Assembly: GCA_043803815.1 (NCBI GenBank)
Contig: JAZDJR010000018.1
Location: 1-64,000 of the forward strand
Length of the DNA stretch: 64,000 nucleotides
Direction: 5' to 3'
From: Candidatus Micrarchaeota archaeon
GTDB lineage: Archaea; Iainarchaeota; Iainarchaeia; Iainarchaeales; JAGVWC01
Under the pieces are notes generated by a model that saw only the letters and a list, made by a program, of their open reading frames with translations, was not told the origin of the DNA and searched no databases. The translations under genes were made by a program, and so were the position numbers. This document shows, in pieces, positions 35,740-44,880 of the stretch (positions are counted from its first letter, which is position 1; every line of letters starts with the position of its first letter).

Positions 35740-36444
35740 TTATTTTTTTGTAATCAGTATTACGCGCTTTGAAAACCCGCCGCGGATTTTCAGTTTTTTC
35801 TTTCGAATCAAATCCAGCTTTTTGGATGAAATTTTCTTGAATTGTCCGATGGCGTAAACGACTTCCAAAATATCCGCCAGTTCGTCCGTTTTTTCGGATT
35901 CCAAAAACTCCGCGGTTTCTTCGCCCAGTTTTTCCTTTAATTTTTTCCAATACTCGGTTTTTGTAGCTTTTCGAAACGATTGCCCCGGATACTTGGACTG
36001 GTCGGTTTGGGGAATCCTGTCGCGCACCAGCTTTTCGGCGTTGGACGCCAACGGCTTGGAGCTTTTGGTTTTCCAGTACTCGTTCAGGTAAGAAATCTTG
36101 TTTCCTTTCATTTTGAGAATCGTGATTCCGACCATGTGGTCGCGTCTCCATTTCTTGTCATGTTCCCAGCGGTGCGTATTGTCGCACACCCATTCGGCAA
36201 AGCCGGTTTTTCCGTCTTTTGAAACATAACAATCGCCCAAGCGAAATCGGATGTTTTTGGTGTCGCGGCCAATGACCGTGTCCCAGAACTTTTTGATTTG
36301 CGAATGGCCGCGGTAAGGCTTGGCCAGCGGGCTTTCCTGATAGGCGCCGTTTTTGGTAAAGCACTCCAAAATCATTGGAGTGTCCTGTTTTTCCCACGCC
36401 TTGCCATATTTTTGCATGATTTTTTTGACTTGCGAAACGTTCAT
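35740..36444 (-). CDS. SnoaL/NTF2-like domain fused to a MazG-like NTP pyrophosphohydrolase
   Basis: N-terminal YGKAWE..D..F...G.Y...P...G...I..FW...EYW; C-terminal KLVRDRIP, KL.EE..E, ELADILEV, RGGF. Confidence 0.85.
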   Translation of the reverse strand: MNVSQVKKIMQKYGKAWEKQDTPMILECFTKNGAYQESPLAKPYRGHSQIKKFWDTVIGRDTKNIRFRLGDCYVSKDGKTGFAEWVCDNTHRWEHDKKWRRDHMVGITILKMKGNKISYLNEYWKTKSSKPLASNAEKLVRDRIPQTDQSKYPGQSFRKATKTEYWKKLKEKLGEETAEFLESEKTDELADILEVVYAIGQFKKISSKKLDLIRKKKLKIRGGFSKRVILITKK

Positions 36445-36524
36445 GCAAAAAAAAGGTTCCTTTTGTTTTTTTAAGCAAACCCGCCTTCAGAGGATTTATA
36501 TCCTTTTTTTAGCACAGTTTTGGC

Positions 36525-38234
36525 ATGACAACAGCCCCTGAAATCGAAGCCATGGCTTTCAAATACGCCGTTAAAAACGCGGCTTTGCACGACGGCAAGG
36601 CCGATATGGGCGCGGTAGTCGGAAAGCTCAAGGCCTTGTTTCCGGATTTGGATATCAAGGAACTCGCTGGTTTTGCCCAAAACGCGGTCAAAAAAACGAA
36701 TGCACTTTCTTTGGACCAAATCAAATCAGAGTTCGCAATATTTGAAAAAGAAGGCTACGAATTAAAGCCGCACGAAAAAGAAGCGGGATTAACCAAACTG
36801 GACTGGGCTGAAAACGGCGAACCCGTGGTCACCAGGTTTGCGCCGAACCCAAGCAGTGTCATGCATTTCGGACACTTGCGCGCGGCTATTTTGTCCGCAC
36901 AGTACGCGAAAAAATACGGGGGAAAGTTCATTTTGCGGTTTGAGGATACCGATCCCAAGACCAAGCAGCCCTTGGCGGGAGTTGAAAAACAATACGATAT
37001 TGACCTAAAGTGGCTGGGCATTCCGCAAGACGAGATTTTTTACCAGTCCGACCGGTTTGAATTGTATTATGATTTTGTGCGAAAGCTTTTGGCCATGCAA
37101 AAGGCGTATGTGTGCACTTGCGACAACGATGCGTTTAAGGAATTAAAAAAGCAAAAAAAGCCCTGCCCTTGCCGCGAATTAGAACCAAAAGAACAGCTCA
37201 ATCGCTTTGAAAAAATGCTGAATCATTCCTATAAGGAAGGACAAGCGGTTTTGCGGGTAAAAACCGACTTGAATCATCCCGACCCGAGCATCCGCGACTG
37301 GTGGGCAGCCAAAATCGTGGACAAGCCGGTCCATCCGCGAAAAAAAAACACCTGGGTCTGGCCGGCGTACAATCTCGCGTGCGCAATCGACGACCATCTA
37401 ATGGGCGTTACTTTAATCCTTCGCGGGCAGGAACATTCGCAAAACGCGACCAAGCAAAAATACCTATATGATTATTTTGGGTGGAAATATCCGCACGCGA
37501 TTCATTTCGGAAGAATGCAATTAAAGGGATTTTTGCTGAGTAAAAGCAAGATTAACGAACTCATGAAAAGCGGGGAAATAACGTCCTGGGACGACCCGCG
37601 CCTGGCAACGGTGCAGGCGTTTCGCAGAAGGGGATTTGAGAGCGCCGCTTTGACCGAACTTATGACTGAAATCGGGCCAAAGCCGCAGGACGTTCAGGTT
37701 CCGTTGCAAAAGCTTGAGGGCTGGAACCGCAAAATAATTGACCCGATTGCGCAGCGAATCGTTTTTTTGCGGGAACCGATTGAGCTTGAAGTCAAAAACG
37801 CGCCGTCGTTTACGGCCAAACTAAACCGCCATCCCGAGTTTTCGGAAAAAGGGTTTAAGGAATACTCCTTCAAAAAAGGCAACCACGAGTTTCGGATTGA
37901 AAAACAGCAGGCCGAAGAATTGAAAATAGGGGAAAGCGTGCAGTTAAAGCAGGCTTACCTGATTAAAATTCTGGAAAAAACCCGCGGAAAAATCACGGCG
38001 GAATTTGTCGGAACCGAATTCCGGCCAAAGAGCGTCATTGTCCACTGGCTGGTTCCGAACCGCACAACAAAAGTCGAAGTGACCATGTCCGACGCCAAAC
38101 AGCTGACGGGAATGGCGGAAGACGAAGTGCTGAAATACAAAGCCGGCAGCCACCTGCAGTTTGAAAAATTCGGATACGTGGTTGTTGACCAAACCGGGAA
38201 AAAAGAGGTTTTGGTGTACTTTACCCAAGCCTAA
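36525..38234 (+). CDS. gltX: Glutamate--tRNA ligase (archaeal type)
   Basis: RFAPNP, HFGH (HIGH), LRFEDTDP, LSKS, WDDPRL. Confidence 0.98.
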   Translation: MTTAPEIEAMAFKYAVKNAALHDGKADMGAVVGKLKALFPDLDIKELAGFAQNAVKKTNALSLDQIKSEFAIFEKEGYELKPHEKEAGLTKLDWAENGEPVVTRFAPNPSSVMHFGHLRAAILSAQYAKKYGGKFILRFEDTDPKTKQPLAGVEKQYDIDLKWLGIPQDEIFYQSDRFELYYDFVRKLLAMQKAYVCTCDNDAFKELKKQKKPCPCRELEPKEQLNRFEKMLNHSYKEGQAVLRVKTDLNHPDPSIRDWWAAKIVDKPVHPRKKNTWVWPAYNLACAIDDHLMGVTLILRGQEHSQNATKQKYLYDYFGWKYPHAIHFGRMQLKGFLLSKSKINELMKSGEITSWDDPRLATVQAFRRRGFESAALTELMTEIGPKPQDVQVPLQKLEGWNRKIIDPIAQRIVFLREPIELEVKNAPSFTAKLNRHPEFSEKGFKEYSFKKGNHEFRIEKQQAEELKIGESVQLKQAYLIKILEKTRGKITAEFVGTEFRPKSVIVHWLVPNRTTKVEVTMSDAKQLTGMAEDEVLKYKAGSHLQFEKFGYVVVDQTGKKEVLVYFTQA

Positions 38235-38364
38235 CTGCTACATAACCCGTAGTTGGGAATGACTGGTTAAATCGCAATTTAAGGGAGGTATCGGAACCGT
38301 AGGTTCTGATTTTTAAAGGTTTTGCGACGATTTTAGGTATTAGTTTTCGGTTTTTTTGGTTCAG

Positions 38365-38395
38365 TACCGATGACGAAAGTGAGACTTTCGAGGTA
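38365..38395 (+). promoter_or_regulatory. Kink-turn-like element in the L7Ae 5' leader
   Basis: TACC-GAT-GA-C-GAAAGT-GAG-ACTTTC-GA-GGTA. Confidence 0.65.
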
Positions 38396-38523
38396 AAGCT
38401 CGAAAAGTTTTTCCCAGGTTTCCGATTTTGGCAAAAGCCAAAAAGGGCCCATTCGAACATAGTTCGAATCGGGTTTTGCCGATATGCAAAAAAGCTGTTT
38501 TCGAGGTAATTGGAGGAAATAGT

Positions 38524-38880
38524 ATGGTCACGATGAAAGATTCGATTCCAAAGGAATTGCAGCAAAAAGTTTTGGAACTGATTGAAAAGTCGCGCAAAAC
38601 CGGAAAGGTCCGCGTCGGCGTAAACGAAGTTACCAAAATGATTGAGCGCAACCAGGCCAAATTTGTGGCGATTGCGCAGGATGTTACTCCCGCGGAAATC
38701 GTTTTGCATTTGCCCGCGATTTGCAAGGAAAAAAATATTCCGTTCGGCTTTGTTTCCAGCAAAAAAGAGCTGGGCGAAAAAGCGGGGTTAAAAGTAGGCA
38801 CCAGCGCTTTGGCAATAGTCGAAGAAGGCGAGCACAAAAAAGAATTCGAGGCTTTGGGGAAAAAATTCGCCGAAATGTAA
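38524..38880 (+). CDS. rpl7ae: 50S ribosomal protein eL8 (L7Ae)
   Basis: GVNEVTK.IER, IAQDV.P.EIV.HLP; GGAGG RBS before ATG 38524. Confidence 0.98.
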   Translation: MVTMKDSIPKELQQKVLELIEKSRKTGKVRVGVNEVTKMIERNQAKFVAIAQDVTPAEIVLHLPAICKEKNIPFGFVSSKKELGEKAGLKVGTSALAIVEEGEHKKEFEALGKKFAEM

Positions 38881-38965
38881 TGGTTCATCGTAGCGAGGAA
38901 AAACAAAAATAAAATTCAATTCGAAAAATTAGTGTTTTTTTCGGGTTAAGAATCGGTGAAAGAAT

Positions 38966-39184
38966 ATGAGCGATAAGGGAACTCCGGCAGAAGTCGTTGA
39001 AGTAATCAAAAAAACCGGCATGCACGGCGAAGTCACGCAAGTGCTGTGCAAGATTTTGCAGGGGCCCGAACAGGGACGCGTCAAGCGCCGCAACGTGAAA
39101 GGCAACTGCCGGAAAGGCGACGTTTTGATTTTGCTTTCAACCGAACGCGAAGCAAAGGAAATCAGCGGAAAGAGGGGCGGTTAA
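38966..39184 (+). CDS. rps28e: 30S ribosomal protein eS28
   Basis: TGMHGEVTQV, RNVKG, TEREA. Confidence 0.97.
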   Translation: MSDKGTPAEVVEVIKKTGMHGEVTQVLCKILQGPEQGRVKRRNVKGNCRKGDVLILLSTEREAKEISGKRGG

Positions 39185-39409
39185 ATGGCCAAATGCAGTT
39201 TTTGCGGAACGGATATCCACCGCGGCACGGGCAAGATGTACGTCAAAAAAGACGGCGTGGTTTTTTATTTTTGCTCGCTTAAATGCGAAAAAAACCTGCT
39301 TAAGTTGGGCCGACAGCCCCAAAAGACCAAATGGACCGGCGCGTTTCATACGCAAAAGCAGTTTGTCCAAAAGACCGCTGCCAAAAAAGCCAAGAAAGAA
39401 GGAACGTGA
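39185..39409 (+). CDS. rpl24e: 50S ribosomal protein eL24
   Basis: CSFCG..I..GTG.MYV..DG....FCS.KC, KWT. Confidence 0.98.
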   Translation: MAKCSFCGTDIHRGTGKMYVKKDGVVFYFCSLKCEKNLLKLGRQPQKTKWTGAFHTQKQFVQKTAAKKAKKEGT

Positions 39410-39877
39410 ATGCACGAGCGGACCTTGGTTATCATCAAGCCCGACGCGATTCAGCGCGAACTGGCCGGCGAAATCATTTCCCGCATAGAACGCAAAGGCC
39501 TCAAAATAATCGCCATGAAAATGGAACTCTTGCCCATTAAAAAAGTGCAGGACCATTACGCGCACTTGGCGGGAAAAACTTTTTTTGACGAACTGGTTTC
39601 GTATATGTCTTCCATTCCGTCCATTTTGATGATTATTGAAGGAAAGGATTCGGTTGCGGTGGTTCGGCAGATGTGCGGAGTAACCAATGCGCGCCAGGCC
39701 GGAACAGGGACGATTCGCGGGGATTTTGGCATGAGCGTCATGAGCAATCTGGTTCATGCTTCCGAAAACAGCGACGCGGTCCAAACCGAAATCAACCGGT
39801 TTTTCAAGGCCGGCGAAATCCACGATTTTGAAAAAATTTCCTTTGAAACAATTTATGCGGCCGACGAGCGCGAGTGA
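39410..39877 (+). CDS. ndk: Nucleoside diphosphate kinase
   Basis: ERTLVIIKPDA, GTIRGDF, NLVHAS. Confidence 0.98.
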   Translation: MHERTLVIIKPDAIQRELAGEIISRIERKGLKIIAMKMELLPIKKVQDHYAHLAGKTFFDELVSYMSSIPSILMIIEGKDSVAVVRQMCGVTNARQAGTGTIRGDFGMSVMSNLVHASENSDAVQTEINRFFKAGEIHDFEKISFETIYAADERE

Positions 39878-39884
39878 GGCGTTT

Positions 39885-40313
39885 GTGACCGAAGTCCGCG
39901 TTCAAAAACTTTCGCCGGACGCGAAAATTCCCGCTTACGCCAAAATTGGCGATGCAGGGGCCGATTTATATTCTAATGAAACCGTTTCTTTTTCACCCGG
40001 AGAGCACCGCTTGGTTTCAACGAGTATTGCGATGGCGGTTCCCAAAGGCCACGTGGGATTGATTAAGGATCGAAGCAGCTTGGCCGCCAAGCACGCATTG
40101 CATTGTCTGGGCGGGGTTATTGACGAGAATTATCGCCACGAATGGAAAATAATTATGATTAATTTGGGAAAAGAAGCCGTAACGCTTTCAAAGCATGAGC
40201 GCGTGGCGCAAGTGTTGTTTGTTCCGGTTTCGGTTGGAAACTTTTCTGAAACTGCGCAACTGGACGCAACTAACCGCCCTGACGGCGGGTTTGGTTCGAG
40301 CGGAAAAAATTGA
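39885..40313 (+). CDS. dut: Trimeric dUTPase
   Basis: AGADL, RSSLA, GVID..YR, RVAQ, R..GGFGSSG motifs; GTG start after TGAGG. Confidence 0.95.
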   Translation: MTEVRVQKLSPDAKIPAYAKIGDAGADLYSNETVSFSPGEHRLVSTSIAMAVPKGHVGLIKDRSSLAAKHALHCLGGVIDENYRHEWKIIMINLGKEAVTLSKHERVAQVLFVPVSVGNFSETAQLDATNRPDGGFGSSGKN

Positions 40314-40322
40314 GGCAAAATT

Positions 40323-40772
40323 ATGTCGGATGAAAAAAGAATCGGTGTTGGCGTCGGCGTCATGATAATGAAAAACGGCAAGGTCTTGCCTGGAAAGCGC
40401 CATGTGGACCCCGCCAAGGCAACCAGTCTGCTCAAGGGAGCCGGAACTTGGACAATGCCCGGCGGAAAAATGGATTTTGGCGAATCGTTTGAAGAATGCG
40501 CAAAGCGCGAAACTCTGGAAGAAACAGGAATCAAGCTGAAATCGGTTCGGGTGCTGTGCGTTTCCAACGACCGCGTTCCCGACGCGCATTTTGTCACCAT
40601 CGGACTTTACTCCGAGGATTTTTCGGAGGAACCGCAAGTTATGGAACCCGACAAGATAACGGAGTGGCACTGGTTTGATTTGGACCATTTGCCAAGCCCG
40701 ATTTTTTTTCCGAGCCAAAACGTGCTTGAAAAATACCATGCGAAAAAATTTTATTTAGGGGAAAAAAAATGA
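40323..40772 (+). CDS. NUDIX hydrolase (NUDT15-like)
   Basis: PGGKMDFGESFEECAKRETLEETG, HFVT, EPDK..EW.WF. Confidence 0.92.
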   Translation: MSDEKRIGVGVGVMIMKNGKVLPGKRHVDPAKATSLLKGAGTWTMPGGKMDFGESFEECAKRETLEETGIKLKSVRVLCVSNDRVPDAHFVTIGLYSEDFSEEPQVMEPDKITEWHWFDLDHLPSPIFFPSQNVLEKYHAKKFYLGEKK

Positions 40773-42523
40773 TTCGAAAACCGATTATTACCGTGCTTGG
40801 TCACGTGGACCACGGAAAAACGACTTTTCTTGACCGGATACGCGGAACGTCGGTCGCTTCGCGCGAAGCAGGCGCGATTACTCAGCATATCGGCGCGACG
40901 GAAGTGCCGATTAAAGTCGTTAAAGACCTGGCGGGGTCCTTGATGCAACAATACAAGTTTGATTTGCAGATTACGGGACTGCTGTTTATCGACACGCCGG
41001 GCCACGAAGCATTTACGAATCTGCGCAAGCGCGGCGGCAGCATCGCGGACCTTGCGGTTGTAATCATCGATATTAATCAAGGGGTACAGCCGCAGACGAT
41101 TGAAGCCATCGATATTTTGCGCACGTTTAAGGTTCCGTTCATTGTCGGCTTGAACAAAATCGACAAAATGCCCGGCTGGAATCCGAGTTATGGAAGCATT
41201 ACCAACGGCTTGAAACTGCAGTCCGAATCCCTGTTGAATGCGCTGGATACCAAATTATACGGGGTTGTCGGAAAATTGTACGAAATGGGGTTTCAGGCGG
41301 AGCGATTTGACCGGGTTGCGGATTTTACCAAGCAGATTCCAATTATTCCGATTAGTTCCAAGCTGGGCGAAGGATTGCCGGAAATGCTGCTGTTTTTGGC
41401 TGGGCTTTCGCAAAAATTTTTGGAAAAAAAACTGACGATTCACGTGGAAGGTCCCGGCAAGGGAACGATTCTGGAGGTAAAAGAAGAGCGCGGCCTTGGA
41501 AAAACAATCGACGTGATTTTGTACGATGGCTCGCTTAAAGTAGGCGACGAAATCGTTTTGGGCGGAAAAAACGGCGTGATTAAAACAAAAGTCCGCGCCT
41601 TATTGGAACCCAAGCCGCTGAACGAAATGAACGATTCCAAGGAAAAATTCAACAATGTCAAGGAAGTCCATGCGGCTTCCGGAGTTAAAATCGCGGGGCC
41701 GAATCTGGACGATGCCTTGGCGGGTTCGCCGCTTTTGGTAGCCAGCGACGGAAGCGAGGAACAATGCATTTCCGACGAACTCAAAAGCCTGAAAATCGAG
41801 CAGGAAAGCGTCGGGCCAATTATCCGAACCGATGCTTTGGGAAGCCTTGAAGCCTTGGTGAAACTGGCGTCGGAAAAAGGGCTGAAGCCGCGCAATGCGG
41901 ATGTTGGGGATGTAAGCCGAAAAGACATTTTGGAAGCCGCTGCCGTCAGCCAGTCGGATCGGTTTAAAGGCGTTATTTTGGCGTTTAACGTCAAGGTTAA
42001 TTCGGACGCGGAAAAGCAGGCCCGTTTGTCCAATGTCAAAATATTTAAGGGCAACGTTATATATCGTATATTGGAAGAATTCGACCAATGGGTCAAAACC
42101 GAAAAAGACGCGGAAAAACAAGCCCGCCTGAAAAATCTGGTTTGGCCTTCCAAAATCCAATTATTGCCCAATCACGTATTTCGCAATTCCAAGCCCGCGA
42201 TTGCGGGTGTTCGGGTGCTTTGCGGCCGGCTCAAAGTCAACGCCTTGCTGATGAAGCCGAACGGAGAGCGCGTTGGAAAAGTTTTGGCGATTCAGTCCAA
42301 CAATGAAAGCGTGGAAACCGCGCAGGCCAACCAGGAAGTGGCGGTATCCATTGAAGACGCGGTGATTGGAAGAGGACTCGAGGAAAAAGACGAGCTGGTT
42401 GTTTTCCTGAGCGAAAACACGATTAAAGCGCTTGAAAAAATTCGGGACGATTTGTCCGAAGACGAAATTGAATTAATCAACGAGATGAAAAAAATAAATC
42501 TGAAGCGAGGAGATAACAAATGA
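40769..42523 (+). CDS. infB: Translation initiation factor aIF5B (IF-2)
   Basis: GHVDHGKT, ITQHIGA, DTPGHEAF, NKID. Confidence 0.99.
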   Translation: MIRKPIITVLGHVDHGKTTFLDRIRGTSVASREAGAITQHIGATEVPIKVVKDLAGSLMQQYKFDLQITGLLFIDTPGHEAFTNLRKRGGSIADLAVVIIDINQGVQPQTIEAIDILRTFKVPFIVGLNKIDKMPGWNPSYGSITNGLKLQSESLLNALDTKLYGVVGKLYEMGFQAERFDRVADFTKQIPIIPISSKLGEGLPEMLLFLAGLSQKFLEKKLTIHVEGPGKGTILEVKEERGLGKTIDVILYDGSLKVGDEIVLGGKNGVIKTKVRALLEPKPLNEMNDSKEKFNNVKEVHAASGVKIAGPNLDDALAGSPLLVASDGSEEQCISDELKSLKIEQESVGPIIRTDALGSLEALVKLASEKGLKPRNADVGDVSRKDILEAAAVSQSDRFKGVILAFNVKVNSDAEKQARLSNVKIFKGNVIYRILEEFDQWVKTEKDAEKQARLKNLVWPSKIQLLPNHVFRNSKPAIAGVRVLCGRLKVNALLMKPNGERVGKVLAIQSNNESVETAQANQEVAVSIEDAVIGRGLEEKDELVVFLSENTIKALEKIRDDLSEDEIELINEMKKINLKRGDNK

Positions 42524-43011
42524 ACATTGTAATATCAGATCCCAAACTGCGCAAGGCATATTCCAAAAAAGTGGACGAAGTGCCGCCAGCGTTTTTGAAC
42601 AAAAAAATCGGTTCCACGGTTTCTTTGGATTCCGTTGGGCTGCACGGATTTGAGGCCAAAGTCACGGGCGGTTCGGACAAGGAAGGAACCCCCATGCACC
42701 CCGCGATGGAAGGAAGCGGCCGCAAAAAAATTTTATCCCATAAAGGAACCGGCTTTCGCCAGACCAATAAGGGCGAGCGCCGGCGCAAAAGCGTCCGCGG
42801 CAACACCGTGTTTAAGGACACGAGCCAGATCAACGTGGTGCTGACCAAAGGCGATTCGCAAAAGCTTTCCGAACAATTCGGCGGCCGGCCCAAAACCGAC
42901 GAAAAGAAAGTGTCGGTCAAGGAAGAAATGATTGCGCGCTCTTTAGCCGCGGTCGGAGACGATGCGGCAGCCGAAGCAGCCAAAACGATAAAGGGAAAAA
43001 CGAAGGGATAG
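42520..43011 (+). CDS. rps6e: 30S ribosomal protein eS6
   Basis: ISDPK, TGGSDK.G.PM, GERRRKSVRG. Confidence 0.97.
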   Translation: MNIVISDPKLRKAYSKKVDEVPPAFLNKKIGSTVSLDSVGLHGFEAKVTGGSDKEGTPMHPAMEGSGRKKILSHKGTGFRQTNKGERRRKSVRGNTVFKDTSQINVVLTKGDSQKLSEQFGGRPKTDEKKVSVKEEMIARSLAAVGDDAAAEAAKTIKGKTKG

Positions 43012-43036
43012 TCCCTTTCCCTTTTTTATTTTTTTT
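43003..43036 (+). terminator. Hairpin plus T-tract after rps6e
   Basis: AAGGGA-TAG-TCCCTT followed by long T runs. Confidence 0.4.
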
Positions 43037-43100
43037 AAAAAAATTTTGGCGTTTAAAAAAACGCGTTTATTCCTGCGTTTTGCAAAAAATTGGTGAAATA

Positions 43101-44381
43101 GTGCCGGTTAAATCGAAAAAAGCATCTGAAAAAAAACCCGCTTTGAAAAAAAACGCGAAAGCGGCTTCCGCTTTGGCCAAAGCGATCTTAAGCAGCATCC
43201 AGCCCGTCGTTAACATCGGCATGGTCGGCCACGTCGACCACGGAAAGACGAGCCTCACGCACGGCTTGACCGGAAAATGGACGGACACGCATTCCGAAGA
43301 AATCAGGCGCGGCATTTCAATCCGCCTGGGCTACGCGGACGCGGTTATTTATGAATGCACGGCTTGCATGGGAAGCGAACGGTTTTCCACCGGCGCGACC
43401 TGCCTCAATTGCGGAAAAAAAGGAACCGAAGTCCGCCGGTTTTCGATTGTGGACGCTCCCGGCCATGAAACACTGATGACCACCATGCTTAGCGGCGCCG
43501 CGGTAATGAACGGCGCTATTTTGGTGATTGCGGCCAACGAACCCTGCCCGCAGCCTTCGACGACCGAACATATGATGGCTTTGAAAATTGCCGGAATTCA
43601 ACACATTATTGTCTGCCAAAACAAGGTGGACCTGGTGTCCAAAGAACTGGCTTTGGAAAATCACGGCCAGATTGTTTTGTTTTTAAAAGAACACGGCTAT
43701 GAAAACCTGCCCGTGATTCCGACCGCCGCGCATTTTAAAACCAATCTGGACCTGCTGATTGAAGCAATTCAAAAATATATTCCAACGCCGATTCACCATG
43801 AAAAAGACGCTTTGCGCCTTGTGGTGCTCCGCTCGTTTGACATCAATAAGCCCGGCACCTTGCCTGAAAAACTGCATGGCGGCGTGGTGGGCGGAAGCAT
43901 TGTTTCCGGAATTTTGAAAAACGGCGACGAAATCGAAATCAGCCCCGGAATTGAAAACGGCTTGATTAAAACAAAAGTAGTGGGAATTCAGACCACGTTT
44001 GGTTCCCTGGAAAAAGCGGTTCCGGGAGGTTTATTGGCGATTGAAACCACGCTCGACCCGAACCTGACGAAAAACGACCAAATGAAAGGCCAAATCGTCG
44101 CCAGTATCGGAACATTGCCCGAACCGGCCTTGAAATTAAGTTTAAAACTGTTCCCGTTCAAAAGATTGGTTACCGACGCTGTTTTTGACCTGAAACCAAG
44201 CGAAACCGTTGTTTTGACGGTTGGAACCATGACTGCCGTCGGAACCATTATCAAGATTTCAAAGGATACCGCAAGTCTGGTCCTCAAAAATCCCGTGGTG
44301 GTCGAACAGGACCAAAAAATCGTGATTTCAAAACGGCACAAAACCGGCTGGAGGCTGGCGGGCTATGGCATCCTTGCCTAA
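43101..44381 (+). CDS. eif2g: Translation initiation factor aIF2 gamma subunit
   Basis: GHVDHGKT, HSEE..RGISI.LGY, zinc knuckle, DAPGHE, QNKVD; GTG start after GGTGA. Confidence 0.98.
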   Translation: MPVKSKKASEKKPALKKNAKAASALAKAILSSIQPVVNIGMVGHVDHGKTSLTHGLTGKWTDTHSEEIRRGISIRLGYADAVIYECTACMGSERFSTGATCLNCGKKGTEVRRFSIVDAPGHETLMTTMLSGAAVMNGAILVIAANEPCPQPSTTEHMMALKIAGIQHIIVCQNKVDLVSKELALENHGQIVLFLKEHGYENLPVIPTAAHFKTNLDLLIEAIQKYIPTPIHHEKDALRLVVLRSFDINKPGTLPEKLHGGVVGGSIVSGILKNGDEIEISPGIENGLIKTKVVGIQTTFGSLEKAVPGGLLAIETTLDPNLTKNDQMKGQIVASIGTLPEPALKLSLKLFPFKRLVTDAVFDLKPSETVVLTVGTMTAVGTIIKISKDTASLVLKNPVVVEQDQKIVISKRHKTGWRLAGYGILA

Positions 44382-44733
44382 AATCGCGCTGGATACCAAC
44401 ATTGTATTGGAACAGCCAAGTCGATTGGAAGAACTGCGGGAAGTATTCGGGAACAAAATCGAAATTGCGATTCCAAAGCAGGTGGAAGAAGAACTCGGGG
44501 TTTTGGGAAACCGAAGCCAAAAAAACAAAAAAAAACTTGCGATTGCAAAAATGATTCTTAAAAAGGAAAACGTGGAAACAATAACGGTGAACGCCAAAAA
44601 CGCGGACGACGCATTGGTCGCCCTGTCCAAGGAAGGGTTTGCGATTCTGACCATGGATTCCAGATTAAACCAAAAAATCTTGAGGGAAAACGGCTCGCTG
44701 GTTGAAATCGAAAACAAAAAAATCAAAAAATAA
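44365..44733 (+). CDS. PIN-domain protein (FCF1/Utp24-like)
   Basis: LDTN, EEL, ADD, T.D..L; conserved position between aIF2gamma and rpoE. Confidence 0.85.
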   Translation: MASLPKIALDTNIVLEQPSRLEELREVFGNKIEIAIPKQVEEELGVLGNRSQKNKKKLAIAKMILKKENVETITVNAKNADDALVALSKEGFAILTMDSRLNQKILRENGSLVEIENKKIKK

Positions 44734-44880
44734 AAAGAAATCGGCTAAAACAAAAAAAAAGTTAAAAATTGAAATAAAAAAATAAAAGGAATGCAAAATA
44801 AAAAAAGCAATCGAATCAAAAAAGGAAAAAAACAAAATTGAATTAATTTTTTTAATAAATAGGAAAAAAGAGGTATCAAA

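Noticed and set aside
38365-38400. Possible hammerhead ribozyme (CGATGA followed by a stem)
   Set aside because: Core is CCGATGA rather than CTGANGA and no GAAA follows stem II; geometry fits a kink-turn better.
38428-38523. N-terminal extension of L7Ae from the ORF track
   Set aside because: A strong GGAGG RBS precedes ATG 38524, and the upstream part is a structured leader.
44791-44841. Tiny basic ORF as eL41
   Set aside because: Lacks the KW/RR pattern of eL41; expected by chance in an A-rich tract.
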